A DNA stretch of 33,202 nt, taken from Clostridia bacterium. GTDB lineage: Bacteria; Bacillota; Clostridia; Christensenellales; CAG-138. Both the position numbers and the translations under genes were made by a program. Positions 31,621 to 33,202 of the stretch are shown in pieces (positions within the stretch are counted from its first letter, which is position 1; each line of letters starts with the position of its first letter). The notes below the pieces were generated by a model. It searched no databases. It was not told the origin of the DNA and saw only the letters and a list, made by a program, of their open reading frames with translations. The stretch covers positions 1 to 33,202 of the forward strand of contig JAUMVL010000001.1 in assembly GCA_030530185.1 (NCBI GenBank). The letters are read 5' to 3'.

Positions 31621-33202
31621 TTAACTCCTGTCTTGTTCAGAATTCGATTTTCGATAGATACGTGCCTCGTAGGGCTGCATCCGATCGGTCACGGCGGCGG
31701 GCTCGATCCGCGTATACCCATTTGCACGAAATACGGGCTTTCTCGGCTTTGCAGCAAGGTTACATTCGATTACGAACGTTTCCTCCGCAAGGCTGCGCCG
31801 GTAGACAAACGTGTTCTTCTTGCGCGAAAGCAGGGTAAAATCGCCGTAGATCAGCGCCGGATGCGCCTTGCGGAGCGCAATCAGCCTTTTGTACAGTGCG
31901 GTGATCGTCTGATCCGGCTCCTGCATAAGATGCGCGGGCAGCTGCCGCGCCTTTTCGTTCCACGGCAGCAGGACGCGGCTGTGGTCGCGCGTTCCTGCCT
32001 TGATGATGGCAAACGCCTTCTCGGGCGAGCATTGTTCGAGCAGCTCCGCATAGCGGTTGCGCGACTCGACATCGCTCAGCTCCGTGATCGAATGGAAATC
32101 ATAATTGACCAATCCCATCTCGTCGCCCTGAAAGATGAACGGTGTGCCCTTGAGCGTAAACTGCATCACGGCGAGCAGCGTCGCGATCGGTCTGCGATAG
32201 GCCGGGTTTTGACTGACCTTGCTGACCATGCGCGGGTTGTCGTGGTTGTTGTAAAACAGCGACATCCAGCAATTGTTGCCGTAATGCTCCATCCAATCGG
32301 TGATATAGTCACGATAATAGTTGAGATCGTACTCGTAGTCGTCGAACCGAATATGACCCGGCGTTTCGAGCTGATCGAACGAAAACACCATGTCGAGCTC
32401 TCCGCGCTCTTCGCCGGTGAGCAGCTTTGCCATTTCGCGTCCGACGCCCGGCGTCTCCCCGACCGAAAATGCTCCATGCGGGCGGAATGCCTTTTCCTGT
32501 ATCTCGTGCAGATATTCGTGCAGATGCGGACCGTAGTAATAATGCTCGATGCCGTAAAACAGCATCATCTTGCCGATCGTTTCGTTGCCGTCCGGCAGGC
32601 CTTCCGCTTTGGAGATATAATTGATGACGTCCATGCGGAATCCGTCCACACCCCGATCGAGCCACCAGTTGATCATATCGATCACATCGGCGCGTACCGC
32701 GGGATTGTCCCAGTTCAGATCCATCTGCTTTTTGGAAAACAGATGCAGTGCCCACGCGTCCTGTTCGGGATAGTGGTTCCATGCGGAACCGCCGAAAAAC
32801 GAATTCCAGTTATTCGGCTCCCTGCCGTTCTTTCCCTTGCAGAAGAAATAGTAATCCCGATACTTGGACGTCGGATCGGCAAGCGCCGTTTGAAACCAGG
32901 CATGCTCATCTGAGGTATGGTTGACCACCAGATCCATAATCAGCCGCATTCCGCGCGCATGAATGCCTGCGACCAGCGCGTTGAAGTCCTCCATCGTGCC
33001 GAACTCGGTCATGATCTTGCGGTAATCACGGATGTCGTACCCGTTGTCGTCGTTTGGGGAATCGTAGATCGGCGACAGCCACAGTGCGTCCACTCCGAGC
33101 GATTTGAGATAGTCGAGCTTTGAGAGAATGCCTTTCAGATCGCCGATTCCGTCGCCGTTCGCGTCCGCAAAGCTTCTCGGATAGATCTGGTAGATCACGG
33201 CT
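31621..33202 (-). CDS. GH13 alpha-glucosidase / oligo-1,6-glucosidase-like enzyme (5' end beyond the right window edge)
   Basis: ...AVIYQIYPRSFADANGDGIGDLKGILSKLDYLKSLGVDALWLSPIYDSPNDDNGYDIRDY, plus DLVVNHTSDEH, GFRMDVINYI and FYNNHDNPR, the canonical GH13 regions. The reading frame is still open at 33202; the track start at 33198 is an internal GTG (Val). Confidence 0.9.
   Translation of the reverse strand, partial: AVIYQIYPRSFADANGDGIGDLKGILSKLDYLKSLGVDALWLSPIYDSPNDDNGYDIRDYRKIMTEFGTMEDFNALVAGIHARGMRLIMDLVVNHTSDEHAWFQTALADPTSKYRDYYFFCKGKNGREPNNWNSFFGGSAWNHYPEQDAWALHLFSKKQMDLNWDNPAVRADVIDMINWWLDRGVDGFRMDVINYISKAEGLPDGNETIGKMMLFYGIEHYYYGPHLHEYLHEIQEKAFRPHGAFSVGETPGVGREMAKLLTGEERGELDMVFSFDQLETPGHIRFDDYEYDLNYYRDYITDWMEHYGNNCWMSLFYNNHDNPRMVSKVSQNPAYRRPIATLLAVMQFTLKGTPFIFQGDEMGLVNYDFHSITELSDVESRNRYAELLEQCSPEKAFAIIKAGTRDHSRVLLPWNEKARQLPAHLMQEPDQTITALYKRLIALRKAHPALIYGDFTLLSRKKNTFVYRRSLAEETFVIECNLAAKPRKPVFRANGYTRIEPAAVTDRMQPYEARIYRKSNSEQDRS

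Noticed and set aside
30780-32913. 352-aa and 448-aa plus-strand ORFs (30780-31838 and 31567-32913)
   Set aside because: They lie antisense to the eIF-2B-like and GH13 genes. They are Arg-rich, lack an RBS and have no motifs.
1-33202. parS (TGTTTCACGTGAAACA) or Noc-binding (ATTTCCCGGGAAAT) sites for the ParB-like protein
   Set aside because: I found no close match by eye anywhere in the window. This cannot be excluded without a proper pattern search.

Overview
High-GC (about 55-65% on hand-counted lines) chromosomal segment that looks like a Clostridia genome. The taxon markers are a SCIFF ranthipeptide locus, a DUF1540 gene, a clostridial 2x[4Fe-4S] ferredoxin and a Noc/ParB-like gene. All family calls come from reading the translations and motifs by eye; no searches were run.

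Gene content, left to right:
- xpt (partial) and a DUF6198/YczE-like membrane protein.
- Two divergently transcribed zinc-ribbon proteins. One has 2 TM helices and an RCC1-like propeller ectodomain. The other has a long Pro/Glu repeat.
- uvrA, fused ispDF, a YabO-like S4 protein and an orphan 340-aa protein.
- A membrane protein with RCC1 repeats and a phosphodiester glycosidase domain, translationally coupled to a GH36 alpha-galactosidase.
- A membrane GDPD, an HExxH lipoprotein, DUF1540, ferredoxin, an orphan Noc/ParB-like protein and an aldo/keto reductase with an Fe-S domain.
- scfA-scfB (SCIFF precursor plus radical-SAM maturase), overlapped by a PLP-dependent Orn/Lys/Arg-type decarboxylase.
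- A small lipoprotein and a Cthe_2159-type beta-helix carbohydrate-binding lipoprotein.
- An eIF-2B/MtnA-like isomerase and a GH13 alpha-glucosidase (partial).

Four genes were found by hand because they are absent from the ORF track (under 60 aa, or open-ended): xpt, DUF1540, ferredoxin and scfA.

The most unusual element is a sharply AT-rich islet of about 3.1 kb (27484-30551). Hand-counted lines give about 28-40% GC inside it. It sits between two high-GC host genes and has no mobility gene. It encodes an XRE regulator, a triple palindromic operator array and a divergent two-gene operon: an orphan 3-TM protein plus a stand-alone adenylate-forming enzyme. This is my best candidate for an undescribed accessory system.

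Secondary points of interest are a non-canonical SCIFF core, the scfB-decarboxylase overlap, the paralogous RCC1-like ectodomains and a divergent eIF-2B-like protein. No rRNA, tRNA, CRISPR array, transposase or integrase was seen.
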